Positions 36,209 through 44,157 of a stretch of DNA of 64,000 bases are shown piece by piece. The position numbers were made by a program, and so were the translations under genes. Below the pieces are notes generated by a model. It was not told the origin of the DNA. It made no database searches and saw only the letters and a program-made list of their open reading frames with translations. Location: NCBI GenBank assembly GCA_035304545.1, contig DATGPV010000018.1, positions 4,331 through 68,330 of the forward strand, in the 5' to 3' direction. Every line of letters begins with the position of its first letter. Position 1 is the first letter of the stretch. This DNA comes from Limnochordales bacterium. Lineage in GTDB: Bacteria; Bacillota; Limnochordia; Limnochordales; ZCTH02-B6.

Positions 36209-38221
36209 TCAGCGGTGGATCAAGGCCGCCAGGCGACTCTGGTCCGCGGCCGGCAGCGTGTCCCAGATGGCCAGGGGCAAGTCGACGGACACGGTACCGT
36301 CCTCGGGCACGGCGACTTCAGCCAGGCCGGCGAAGTCACCGGGGCCCATCAGGCCGTCGGGGTACGCATCGATCCAGCCAAACACCGTGTGCCGGCCGGG
36401 GACAAGCCCTTCGACCCGGGCCACGGCCTGGCCCCCCTGCCGTTGGGGATGGACGGGTCCCCAGACGTGGCTGCCGTCGGCCGCGGCAACACCTACCAAG
36501 GCGTGAATCGGATCCGACCGGGTCACCGCCGCGTAGGCATTGACCAGGCCCCATCCGTACCGGTGGTCGAAGCCGGGCGCCCCCAGGTCCTCCGCCGTGT
36601 AGCGCAAGAGGTCCCGGATCTCCTGGGCGTCGGTGATACCTGCACTATACATCAGCGCGACGATGCCCGTCACGTGGGGAGCCGCGAAGGAAGTTCCCTG
36701 TTGGTAGGAGTAGACGGCGCTGCCGCTGGTCAGGTTGGTGCTCAGGACGCCGTCCAGCCGGCTGCGCCGGGTGTCGCCGCCGGGCGCCACCAGATCCAGC
36801 TCGGGCCCGTAGTTGCTGTACCAAGCGGCTTGCTTGTGGCGGTCCACCGCTCCCACCGCGATGACGTCGGGATGGCTGGCGGGCATGGTGACTCGGCCGC
36901 TGTCATTGCCGGCGCCGGCCACCAGCACGACGCCCCGGCTGGCCGCGTACTCGATCTGCTGATTGACGAAGGTGTCGTTGTAGGCCGCGTCCCAGGCCAG
37001 GCTCATGTTGATGACGTGCGCGCCGTTGTCGACGGCCCAGCGGATACCCTGGCCCACCGCGGCCACCGTGCCGCCGGACCGGGAGCTCATGACCCGCACC
37101 GGCATAATGGACACATTCCAGTTGATGCCGGCGATGCCCCGGGCGTTGTTGGCCGCGGCCGCGATAATTCCGGCCACCATGGTGCCGTGGCTGACGTCGG
37201 TGGCGTCGTCGGTGTAGTTGGTGGCCGACTGGCCGCTGGCAAAGTTGCGGCCGTGGACGATGTTGACCCCCGCCAAGTCGGGATGCTGGGGCAACAGGCC
37301 CGTGTCCAGCACCGCCACCACCACGTCGCGGCTGCCGGTGGTCACTCCCCAGGCGTAAGGGATGCTGATCAGGGGCAGGCTCCACTGTTGGTCGAAGTAG
37401 GGATCGTTGGGGGTCGGAACCGCCACCGGGTATACCTGCCGGTTGGGTTCCACCGACACCACGTTGGGCAGCTGGGCCAGCCGCAGCTCCGTCTCCAGGG
37501 GCGACGCACCCTCGGGCGCCGCGACCAGGTAGAAGTTGTCGGCCAGCCGCTCCAAGACGTGGACGCCCGCCGCGGCCCACATGTCTTGCACAGCCTGGAC
37601 CGGGTAATCGGCGTTCATCTGGACGATCCACTGGCCGGGCACCGTGGCGGCCGCGGTGCGCACCACGGATCGGCTTGCGCCCGCGGCCCGCAGCTCCTCC
37701 TCCAGCCGGCCGGCGGACCCGATGGAGGCTGGCCGGGCGCCGGCCGCGCCCGCGGCACTGGTGCCGGACGGGGCGTTGACCAGCCGGACGAGGGCTTCCA
37801 CGGCGCCGTTGCCCATGGGCGGCGGCGCATCGCCGCTGCCGCCGTCGTCGCCGTCCTCCAATGGCAGCAGGCGTACGGTGATAAAGAGCTGCTGGCCCGG
37901 GGCCGGCTGGATGAGCACTGTGGCGCTGCGGTAGCCCGGGGCCACCGCGGTCACCGTCATGGTGGCGCCATCCACCGGCACCTGGGGCAACGAGAAGGCG
38001 CCGTCGTCGCCGGAGATGGTTTCCAGGTCACCGACCCGCACCACCGCGCCGGCGATGGGGGCGTCGCCGGCGCCGTCGGCCACCACGACCCCTTGCAGGC
38101 CAAAGGTGCCGGCGCCGGGGCGGGACCCGAAGCATCCCGCCAAGACCGCGGCCAGCAGCAGCAGCGCGATGCCTGCCAGCGGGCGGCGGCGCGTCCTCTG
38201 GGCATTGGGAACGTCTCTCAC
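36209..38221 (-). CDS. S8-family (subtilisin-like) serine peptidase, predicted lipoprotein, with N-terminal carboxypeptidase-regulatory-like domain
   Basis: Catalytic triad contexts: VVVAVLDTGL (Asp), SHGTMVAGIIAA (His), GTSFAAPHVTGIVALM (Ser). Lipobox LLLLAAVLAGC. The preferred start is GTG 38221 (RDVPNAQRTRRRPLAGIALLL), downstream of GGAGGAGG. The track start 38419 adds 66 aa with no support. Confidence 0.9.
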   Translation of the reverse strand: MRDVPNAQRTRRRPLAGIALLLLAAVLAGCFGSRPGAGTFGLQGVVVADGAGDAPIAGAVVRVGDLETISGDDGAFSLPQVPVDGATMTVTAVAPGYRSATVLIQPAPGQQLFITVRLLPLEDGDDGGSGDAPPPMGNGAVEALVRLVNAPSGTSAAGAAGARPASIGSAGRLEEELRAAGASRSVVRTAAATVPGQWIVQMNADYPVQAVQDMWAAAGVHVLERLADNFYLVAAPEGASPLETELRLAQLPNVVSVEPNRQVYPVAVPTPNDPYFDQQWSLPLISIPYAWGVTTGSRDVVVAVLDTGLLPQHPDLAGVNIVHGRNFASGQSATNYTDDATDVSHGTMVAGIIAAAANNARGIAGINWNVSIMPVRVMSSRSGGTVAAVGQGIRWAVDNGAHVINMSLAWDAAYNDTFVNQQIEYAASRGVVLVAGAGNDSGRVTMPASHPDVIAVGAVDRHKQAAWYSNYGPELDLVAPGGDTRRSRLDGVLSTNLTSGSAVYSYQQGTSFAAPHVTGIVALMYSAGITDAQEIRDLLRYTAEDLGAPGFDHRYGWGLVNAYAAVTRSDPIHALVGVAAADGSHVWGPVHPQRQGGQAVARVEGLVPGRHTVFGWIDAYPDGLMGPGDFAGLAEVAVPEDGTVSVDLPLAIWDTLPAADQSRLAALIHR

Positions 38222-38469
38222 GAGCGGTGAATGCCTCCTCCACTGACAATCGCTTGCGGCAGTGGTCAACCATTCCTTGACCCGCGGTCTGGAACCCTGC
38301 TCCGGCCATAATGGGAATCGCTGGGGCGGATAGGAACGGTCGGGCCGGGGACGGTTTCCGTCCTGGGCCGCCGCGCGGCATAGACTGGTACGAACCCGGC
38401 GGGCTTTGGGACGGGTCATGGCCCTGGGACGTGCCCGTTCCGGAGCGTTCCTTTGGAGAGGTGGAGAGA

Positions 38470-38937
38470 ATGCCGAGAAAAGTTGTCGCGCCTAGGCGCC
38501 TGGGCGCCGCGCGGGGGCGCCGATCGGTCCCCCGGAGCTGGCGCCGGCGGCGGGGGGGCCGCACCAGATTCCGGCGGGTGGCGCTCCCCGTTCCTTCCCG
38601 GCGGCTTCGGGCCAGCGTGCCTCAGGCAGCGTCCGACTACCCAGCGGCAGCCCCGGCGGCTGCGCCCGAGCTTTCCCTGGAAGACCCGCTGGTGCGGGCG
38701 ACCCGCGACGCGCTCCGCCGGCTGGTGGGGCAGCGGGTCCAGCTGCTCATCGCGGGCCAGGCAGTGCCCGAGATCGGGCCCTGGGACACGGACGGCATGC
38801 TGACCGGGGTGGGAGAGAGCCTGGTCGCTTTGCGCCCCGGGCACGGCCCCAACGCCGGGCGGGAGATCCGCTTCTCCCTGCACAGCGTGCTGGGCTTCAT
38901 TCCCTTGCCCGGCATGGACCCGGGGATGCCCCGGTGA
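38470..38937 (+). CDS. Hypothetical protein with an Arg-rich N-terminal tail and a small C-terminal globular domain
   Basis: ATG 38470 follows GGAGAGGTGGAG. Translation: MPRKVVAPRRLGAARGRRSVPRSWRRRRGGRTRFRR...LVGQRVQLLIAGQAVPEIGPWDTDGMLTGVGESLVALRPG...IRFSLHSVLGFIPLP. I do not recognise a family. Confidence 0.5.
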   Translation: MPRKVVAPRRLGAARGRRSVPRSWRRRRGGRTRFRRVALPVPSRRLRASVPQAASDYPAAAPAAAPELSLEDPLVRATRDALRRLVGQRVQLLIAGQAVPEIGPWDTDGMLTGVGESLVALRPGHGPNAGREIRFSLHSVLGFIPLPGMDPGMPR

Positions 38938-39065
38938 CCGACCGGACCGCCGCCGGGGCCGAGGTGAGGCGACCGGGGCCGCGCAAATGAGAAAGCGTTC
39001 CTAAGGCAGGGGGGGACGGGCCCACATACCGTAGCACTGAAGCCAACGAAAAGGAGGTGCCGTCG

Positions 39066-39383
39066 ATGTCTTGCGTCAACGGCGTGCGTACGGTGGTGGT
39101 GCGGCCCGTTTCCGTCTGCTCGAGCTTCGTGCGGACCATTGCGGTCAAGCCCATCGCCCTGCGGACGGTGGCTGTGCGGCCCATCTTCGTCCGCTCCATC
39201 GCGGTGCGGCCGATCCTGGTGCGGCGGATCTTTCTGCGCACCGTCGCCGTCAAGCCCGTCTCTGTCCGGCCTGTCTTCCTGCGCACCATCGCGGTCCGGC
39301 CCGTGTTGGTCCGCCGGGCCTTCGTCAGGCCTATCTTCGTCAATGGCCTGCGCACTATCGCCGTGAAGAACCACTTCTGCTGA
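39066..39383 (+). CDS. Hypothetical 105-aa hyper-basic protein made of about 18 tandem pentads (non-canonical pentapeptide-repeat-like)
   Basis: AAGGAGGTG (39051-39059) lies 6 nt before ATG 39066. Translation: MSCVNGVRTVVVRPVSVCSSFVRTIAVKPIALRTVAVRPIFVRSIAVRPILVRRIFLRTVAVKPVSVRPVFLRTIAVRPVLVRRAFVRPIFVNGLRTIAVKNHFC. GC3 is about 90% in this frame. Synonymous codon variation (gtg/gtc, cgg/cgc/agg, atc/att) preserves the residue pattern. Confidence 0.65.
   Translation: MSCVNGVRTVVVRPVSVCSSFVRTIAVKPIALRTVAVRPIFVRSIAVRPILVRRIFLRTVAVKPVSVRPVFLRTIAVRPVLVRRAFVRPIFVNGLRTIAVKNHFC
39081..39374 (+). repeat. 15-bp-periodic degenerate tandem repeat (coding repeat of the CDS above)
   Basis: Example units: gtgcggcccatcttc / gtccgctccatcgcg / gtgcggccgatcctg / gtgcggcggatcttt / ctgcgcaccgtcgcc / gtcaagcccgtctct. 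Arg or Lys recurs every 5th codon. Confidence 0.85.
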
Positions 39384-39477
39384 AGCTGCTCCCGCGCGGG
39401 CCCGCACCCGGGCCCTCCACCCCGCGGCAGCCGCCGCCAGGCGCGTCCCGGTTGAGCTCAGCACCGGGGCGCGCCGC

Positions 39478-39506
39478 TTTACCTTTGCTCCCGCCTGCGT
39501 TATACT
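39478..39506 (+). promoter_or_regulatory. Putative sigma-A promoter of tatA
   Basis: TTTACC (39478-39483), 17 nt, TATACT (39501-39506). Confidence 0.45.
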
Positions 39507-39551
39507 GAAGGCAAGCTCGGCCGCAGGCTCAGGAGAAGGGAGAGCGGGACC

Positions 39552-39776
39552 GTGTTTGGCATCGGCGCGACGGAACTGATCATCATCTTAGTCCTGGCCT
39601 TGATCATTTTTGGCCCCGGCAAGCTGCCTGAGGTGGGCAAGGCCATCGGCCGCGGCATTCGGGAGTTCAAGAAGGCCACCAGCGCGGCGGTAGACGACGA
39701 GGACGAGAAGCCGAAGATCGCCAACACCGTGGAAGCGCAAGCCGTGCGCAAGGACGACGTGGCCTCTTCCACCTGA
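39552..39776 (+). CDS. tatA: Twin-arginine translocase subunit TatA/E
   Basis: [42 protein letters not shown] is a canonical TatA TM segment plus amphipathic helix. The start is GTG after GGAGAAGGGAGAG. Confidence 0.9.
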   Translation: MFGIGATELIIILVLALIIFGPGKLPEVGKAIGRGIREFKKATSAAVDDEDEKPKIANTVEAQAVRKDDVASST

Positions 39777-39875
39777 TGACCATCACCGGTTGCGGATACC
39801 GGTGACCGACCACCTGCGCACCATCATGATCGGGCCGGGTCCCGGACGGGCGCTGCCGACCGGAGGGGCGCTGGC

Positions 39876-40583
39876 TTGAGGATTTTTGCTATCGGTGATC
39901 TGCACCTCCCGGGCGGGCAGGACAAGCCCATGGACGTGTTCGGGCCTGGCTGGGCCGATCACCCGCAAAAGATCCGCCGCGCCTGGCTGGAAGTGGTTGG
40001 GGCGGGCGATGTGGTCCTCATGCCCGGCGACCTCTCCTGGGCCATGACCTTGGAGCAAGTCCAAGGGGATTTCCAATATTTGGCCACCCTGCCCGGGCGC
40101 ATCGTCCTCATCCGCGGCAACCACGACTACTGGTGGAGCAGCATCAGCAAGGTGCGGCGGGCGTTGCCCCCCAACGTGACGGCGTTGCAAAACGACCACC
40201 TGCTGCTGCCCCGCGGGTGGGCCGTGTGTGGAACCCGGGGCTGGACCGTGCCGGGCAGCAGCGGGTTCCGGCCCGACGAAGATATGAAGATCTATTTGCG
40301 GGAGCAGCAGCGCCTGGAACTCTCTCTCAAGAGCGCCCTGCAGGCGGGGGCGGAGCGCCTCATCGTTATGCTGCACTACCCGCCCACCAACGAGCGCCAC
40401 GAGCCTTCCGGCTTCACCCGCCTCATGGAGGCGTATCCCGTCGTGCACTGCGTCTACGGCCATCTCCATGGGGCCGCCCGGCGGCAAGCCCTCACGGGCC
40501 AGGTGGGCAGCATCCGCTACCATTTGGTGGCTTGTGACGCCATCGATTTCCGCCCCATCCTCATCGAAACCATCCCCGACTGA
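39876..40583 (+). CDS. Metallophosphoesterase (calcineurin-like phosphoesterase family)
   Basis: MRIFAIGDLHLP...VVLMPGDLSW...LIRGNHDYWW...MLHYPP...CVYGHLH carries the D-x-H / GD / GNH(D/E) / H / GH motifs. The start is TTG. Confidence 0.85.
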   Translation: MRIFAIGDLHLPGGQDKPMDVFGPGWADHPQKIRRAWLEVVGAGDVVLMPGDLSWAMTLEQVQGDFQYLATLPGRIVLIRGNHDYWWSSISKVRRALPPNVTALQNDHLLLPRGWAVCGTRGWTVPGSSGFRPDEDMKIYLREQQRLELSLKSALQAGAERLIVMLHYPPTNERHEPSGFTRLMEAYPVVHCVYGHLHGAARRQALTGQVGSIRYHLVACDAIDFRPILIETIPD

Positions 40584-40801
40584 ATCCGTGCATAGGGTTT
40601 CTACGGGCAATCCCGCCCTGGGCAGGAAATGCCACGAAACCTTTGAAAGATGCCGACATAATCCGTCCTAGCCGTGGAGGTGCCGGGCGCGGTTGACAAC
40701 GGCGCGGAAAGGGAAACCCTTGCCGCCGCGCGCCCGCACCGGCCTTTGCACATATCCTGCTGCGGGGCCTTTGAGGAGCGCGCCGGGGAGGAGGGGCAGG
40801 T

Positions 40802-41986
40802 ATGGTGCGGTTGAGCCCGGACCACCAGGCCATTCAGGCCATGGCCCGGGATTTTGCCCGGAGCGAAGTGGCGCCCCTGGTGGAAGAGTACCAGCGGCGG
40901 CGGGCGCTCCCGCCGGACATCGTGCGCCGCATGGGGGAGCAAGGCCTGATCGGGATCATGTTCCCGGAAGAGTACGGCGGCGCCGGCGGCGACGTGCTGG
41001 CCCAAGCCCTGGCGGTCCAGGAGATCTCCAAGGTGGACGCCGGCATCGGCGTCACGCTGCTGGTCCAAGTACTGGCCCTTTACCCCATCTGGCAGCACGG
41101 CACCGAGGAGCAAAAGCGCCGCTACCTGCCGGCGGGCTTGCGGGGCGAGATCATCGGGGCCATCGGCATGACGGAGCCCGACGCGGGTTCGGACTTCGCC
41201 GCGGTACAGACCCGGGCTGTTCGGGACGGGGACGCCTGGGTCATCGACGGCCGCAAGACTTTCATTACGAACGGACCGGTGGCCGATTTCGTCCTGGTCG
41301 CGGCCCGGACGGTGCCGGGCGCCGGGCGCAAGGGCTTGTCCCTCTTCATCGTCGACAGGGGCACGCCGGGCTTTTCCGTCGCGCGCAAGTTGGACAAGAT
41401 GGGATGGCACACGTCGGAAACCGGAGAGCTGCTCTTTGAAGGCTGCCGGCTCCCAGCGGAGCAGCTCCTGGGCCGGGAGCAGCAAGGCTTCTATTATGTC
41501 ATGGAGGACTTCAATCTGGAGCGGGTCTTCCTGGCCGCGCAGTGCGTGGGGCTGGGCGAAGCGGCCTACGAGGCGGCCCGGGACTACGCCCTGGCTCGCC
41601 GGCAGTTTGGCCGGCCCATCGTGGCTTTCCAGGCGGTGCGCCACCAGCTGGTGGAAATGTACGCGCAGGTGGAGCAGGCGCGGCTCTTGCTGTACCAGGC
41701 CTGCGGGGCGTACCAGGACGGGGGCGGGGACCGGGTGCTGGCCGCGTCTTTGGCCAAGTGGGTCGCGTCGGAGATGGTCAACCGGGTTACCGGCCAGGCG
41801 GTGCAAATCCACGGTGGCTACGGCTACGTCACTGACTACCCCGTGGAGCGGTACTACCGGGACGCGCGGGTCTACACCATCGGTGGCGGCACGTCGGAGA
41901 TTCAAAAGGAGATTATGGCGCGGCGGCTTGGTTTGGCCGTACCAGAAGCCCGGGACGAAAAGGGCGCTTCGAAAGGACATCCCTGA
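40802..41986 (+). CDS. Acyl-CoA dehydrogenase
   Basis: 394 aa. IGAIGMTEPDAGSDFAAVQTRA...WVIDGRKTFITNG...QIHGGYGYVTDYPVERYYRDARVYTIGGGTSEIQKEIMAR. Confidence 0.93.
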   Translation: MVRLSPDHQAIQAMARDFARSEVAPLVEEYQRRRALPPDIVRRMGEQGLIGIMFPEEYGGAGGDVLAQALAVQEISKVDAGIGVTLLVQVLALYPIWQHGTEEQKRRYLPAGLRGEIIGAIGMTEPDAGSDFAAVQTRAVRDGDAWVIDGRKTFITNGPVADFVLVAARTVPGAGRKGLSLFIVDRGTPGFSVARKLDKMGWHTSETGELLFEGCRLPAEQLLGREQQGFYYVMEDFNLERVFLAAQCVGLGEAAYEAARDYALARRQFGRPIVAFQAVRHQLVEMYAQVEQARLLLYQACGAYQDGGGDRVLAASLAKWVASEMVNRVTGQAVQIHGGYGYVTDYPVERYYRDARVYTIGGGTSEIQKEIMARRLGLAVPEARDEKGASKGHP

Positions 41987-42050
41987 GCAGGAAGGCATCG
42001 GCCGCCGTCGAACCATTAGGAAAGACCTGCGGGAAGGGGGTGGAGCGCGG

Positions 42051-42395
42051 GTGACTGAAACCTGCGTCTTCTGCCGGATCGTGAGGGGCGAGTTGCCCAG
42101 CGACCGAGTGTATGAAGACGACCGCGTCATCGCGTTTCGCGACATCAACCCCCAAGCCCCGGTGCATGTGCTCATCATACCCAGGCAACACATCGCTTCC
42201 CTGGCGGAGCTGGGGCCCGGCGACACGGAGCTGGCCGGGCACCTGCTGCAGGTGACGCGAAACCTGGCCGAACAGTTGAATATCCGGGAATCGGGCTACC
42301 GCGTGGTGACCAACTGCGGCCCGGATGGTGGTCAGGTCGTCTTTCACCTGCATTTCCACCTCCTGGGCGGCAAACCTCTAGGGCGGTTTGCGTAA
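42051..42395 (+). CDS. hinT: HIT-family (histidine triad nucleotide-binding) protein
   Basis: CVFCRIVRGELPSDRVYEDDRVIAFRDINPQAPVHVLIIPRQHI...GGQVVFHLHFHLLGG contains the HxHxHxx motif. The start is GTG 42051. The track ORF from 41436 is an off-target extension inside the ACAD gene. Confidence 0.9.
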   Translation: MTETCVFCRIVRGELPSDRVYEDDRVIAFRDINPQAPVHVLIIPRQHIASLAELGPGDTELAGHLLQVTRNLAEQLNIRESGYRVVTNCGPDGGQVVFHLHFHLLGGKPLGRFA

Positions 42396-42442
42396 AGGCC
42401 CGCGGTGCACATCTGGCGCCAGAGAGGGGGTAGCCCGGAGCC

Positions 42443-42616
42443 ATGGCCGAAGTGCGCGTCGGGAAGAACGAGAGCCTGGACAAGGCCCTGCGCCGGTTCA
42501 AGAAGCTCAGCCGCCGGGAAGGCATCCAGTCGGAGCTGCGCAAACGGGAACACTACGACAAGCCCAGCGTGAGGCGGAAGAAGAAGGCGGCCGCCGCACG
42601 CAAGCGCCGCAAGTGA
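42443..42616 (+). CDS. rpsU: 30S ribosomal protein S21
   Basis: Below the track's size cutoff. My translation is [57 protein letters not shown]. Confidence 0.93.
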   Translation: MAEVRVGKNESLDKALRRFKKLSRREGIQSELRKREHYDKPSVRRKKKAAAARKRRK

Positions 42617-42640
42617 CAGGCGGGCCACGGGACGAGGAGG

Positions 42641-42667
42641 GGGAGGCCGGAAGGGCCTCCCTTTTTT
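42641..42667 (+). terminator. Rho-independent terminator after rpsU
   Basis: GGGAGGCC (42641-42648), loop GGAAG, GGCCTCCC (42654-42661), then TTTTTT. Confidence 0.8.
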
Positions 42668-42754
42668 CCGCCAAGTTCCGCCCCAGCCCGTCGGCGGCGG
42701 CGGCCGAGGAAGGGACCCGGTCGCTGGGCCGGACCGTGGAACGGGGGAGGGGCC

Positions 42755-44056
42755 GTGGGCATAAGCCGTTGGTTGGGCCTGGTGTTGGGCCTGCTCTTGG
42801 GCGTCTACGGGGGCGGCGGGTTTGGCCAGCCGGCGGCGCCCCAGGTGGTCGTCATCCCTATCACCGGGACCATCGATGAGGGACTGGCCGCCTTCGTGGA
42901 GCGGGCGGTGGCAGCCGCAGCCAGCGCCGGAGCCGACGCGATCCTGATCGAGGTCAATACCTTTGGCGGCCGGGTCGACTCGGCTACCGGCATCCGCGAC
43001 GCCCTCTTGGGCGCGGGGCGGCCGGTGCTGGCCTTTGTCCGGGAACGGGCGTGGTCCGCGGGAGCCCTCATCACCTTGGCCGCGGAGAAGATCGCCATGG
43101 CGCCGGGCAGCAGCCTGGGCGCGGCCGAACCCCGGCCGGCGGAGGAAAAGACCATCTCGGCCCTGAGGGCCGAGTTCGAGGCCACCGCGGAGCGCCACGG
43201 GCGGGATCCCCGGGTCGCGGCGGCCATGGTGGATCAGCGCATCGAGATCGAGGGGCTGGTGGCCGCCGGCGAGATCTTGACCCTGTCCGCCGCCCGGGCC
43301 TACGACATCGGGTTCGTGGATCTTGTGGCTGACAGCCGGGACGCGGTGCTGGCGGCCTTCGGGTTTCCCGGCGCGGTGGTGGAAGAACTGGCTCCCAACT
43401 GGGCAGAGCGGGTGGCGCGGTTTCTGACGGATCCCGTTATCAGCTCCCTGCTGCTCACCTTGGGCATGCTGGGCCTGTGGGCCGAAATCACCACCCCAGG
43501 CTGGGGCGTGCCCGGCACCGCGGGATTGGCCGCCTTGGCGCTGTTTTTTGGCGCGCGCCTGATCACCGGCCTCGCGGGGCTGGAAGTCGTGCTCCTGTTC
43601 CTATTGGGCGTCGGCCTGCTTTTGCTGGAGATCCTAGTGATTCCGGGCTTTGGCATTGCGGGCATCGGGGGCCTGGTGGCCATCTTTGCCAGCCTGTACT
43701 TGTCCTTTCCGGACGCGGCCACCGCGTTCACCGCCATCGGCGCCGCGACCCTGGCCACCGTCGTCTTTGCTATCCTGCTGCTGCGGCGGATGCCCAAGAC
43801 CGGGCTCTGGCGGCGCCTCGCCTTGGAAACCAAGCTGGAGGATGTGGGCGTGCCGGAGGACGATCCCGACCATCCCGTGGTCCGCGTGGGCGCCCTCGGC
43901 CGGGCCTTAACGCCCCTGCGCCCGGCCGGCACCGTCGAGATAGAGGGCGTGCGGGTGGATGCCGTGTCCGACGGCGAGTTTGTCCCGGCGGGCACCGCGG
44001 TGGTCGTGGTCCGGGTGGTGGGGGGCCGGGTGACGGTGCGGGCCCACCGCGACTGA
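42755..44056 (+). CDS. nfeD: NfeD-family membrane-bound ClpP-class serine protease (YqeZ-like)
   Basis: 433 aa. It has a signal/TM segment, a ClpP-like domain (VIPITGTIDEGLAAFVERAV...INTFGGRVDSA...AWSAGALI), a multi-TM middle region, and a C-terminal OB NfeD domain (GRALTPLRPAGTVEIEGVRVDAVSDGEFV). It lies directly upstream of floA. Confidence 0.88.
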   Translation: MGISRWLGLVLGLLLGVYGGGGFGQPAAPQVVVIPITGTIDEGLAAFVERAVAAAASAGADAILIEVNTFGGRVDSATGIRDALLGAGRPVLAFVRERAWSAGALITLAAEKIAMAPGSSLGAAEPRPAEEKTISALRAEFEATAERHGRDPRVAAAMVDQRIEIEGLVAAGEILTLSAARAYDIGFVDLVADSRDAVLAAFGFPGAVVEELAPNWAERVARFLTDPVISSLLLTLGMLGLWAEITTPGWGVPGTAGLAALALFFGARLITGLAGLEVVLLFLLGVGLLLLEILVIPGFGIAGIGGLVAIFASLYLSFPDAATAFTAIGAATLATVVFAILLLRRMPKTGLWRRLALETKLEDVGVPEDDPDHPVVRVGALGRALTPLRPAGTVEIEGVRVDAVSDGEFVPAGTAVVVVRVVGGRVTVRAHRD

Positions 44057-44157
44057 GGGCCTGGGCCTGTCCGGCGGGCGGGAGAGCGGGGGCTGCAAGG
44101 GTAACATGAGCATGAGAATACGAGGCTGTGGCAATGGCCTGTGGGGAGGCTGAGACC

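Noticed and set aside
39081-39374. Possible CRISPR array or non-coding satellite at the 15-bp periodic repeat.
   Set aside because: A period of 15 bp with no repeat/spacer alternation is incompatible with CRISPR. Variation concentrated at synonymous positions indicates a coding repeat.
38637-39464. 275-aa minus-strand ORF, also 5-residue periodic (D-G/R-P-x-x), antisense to the pentad-repeat gene. Also ORFs 38897..39355 -, 39071..39508 + and 39139..39366 +.
   Set aside because: There is no SD at its GTG start, and it overlaps the 3' end of the upstream + strand gene. Its third codon positions coincide with first positions of the + frame, so its GC3 is well below the roughly 90% seen in the + frame. 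The + frame has a perfect SD and spacing.
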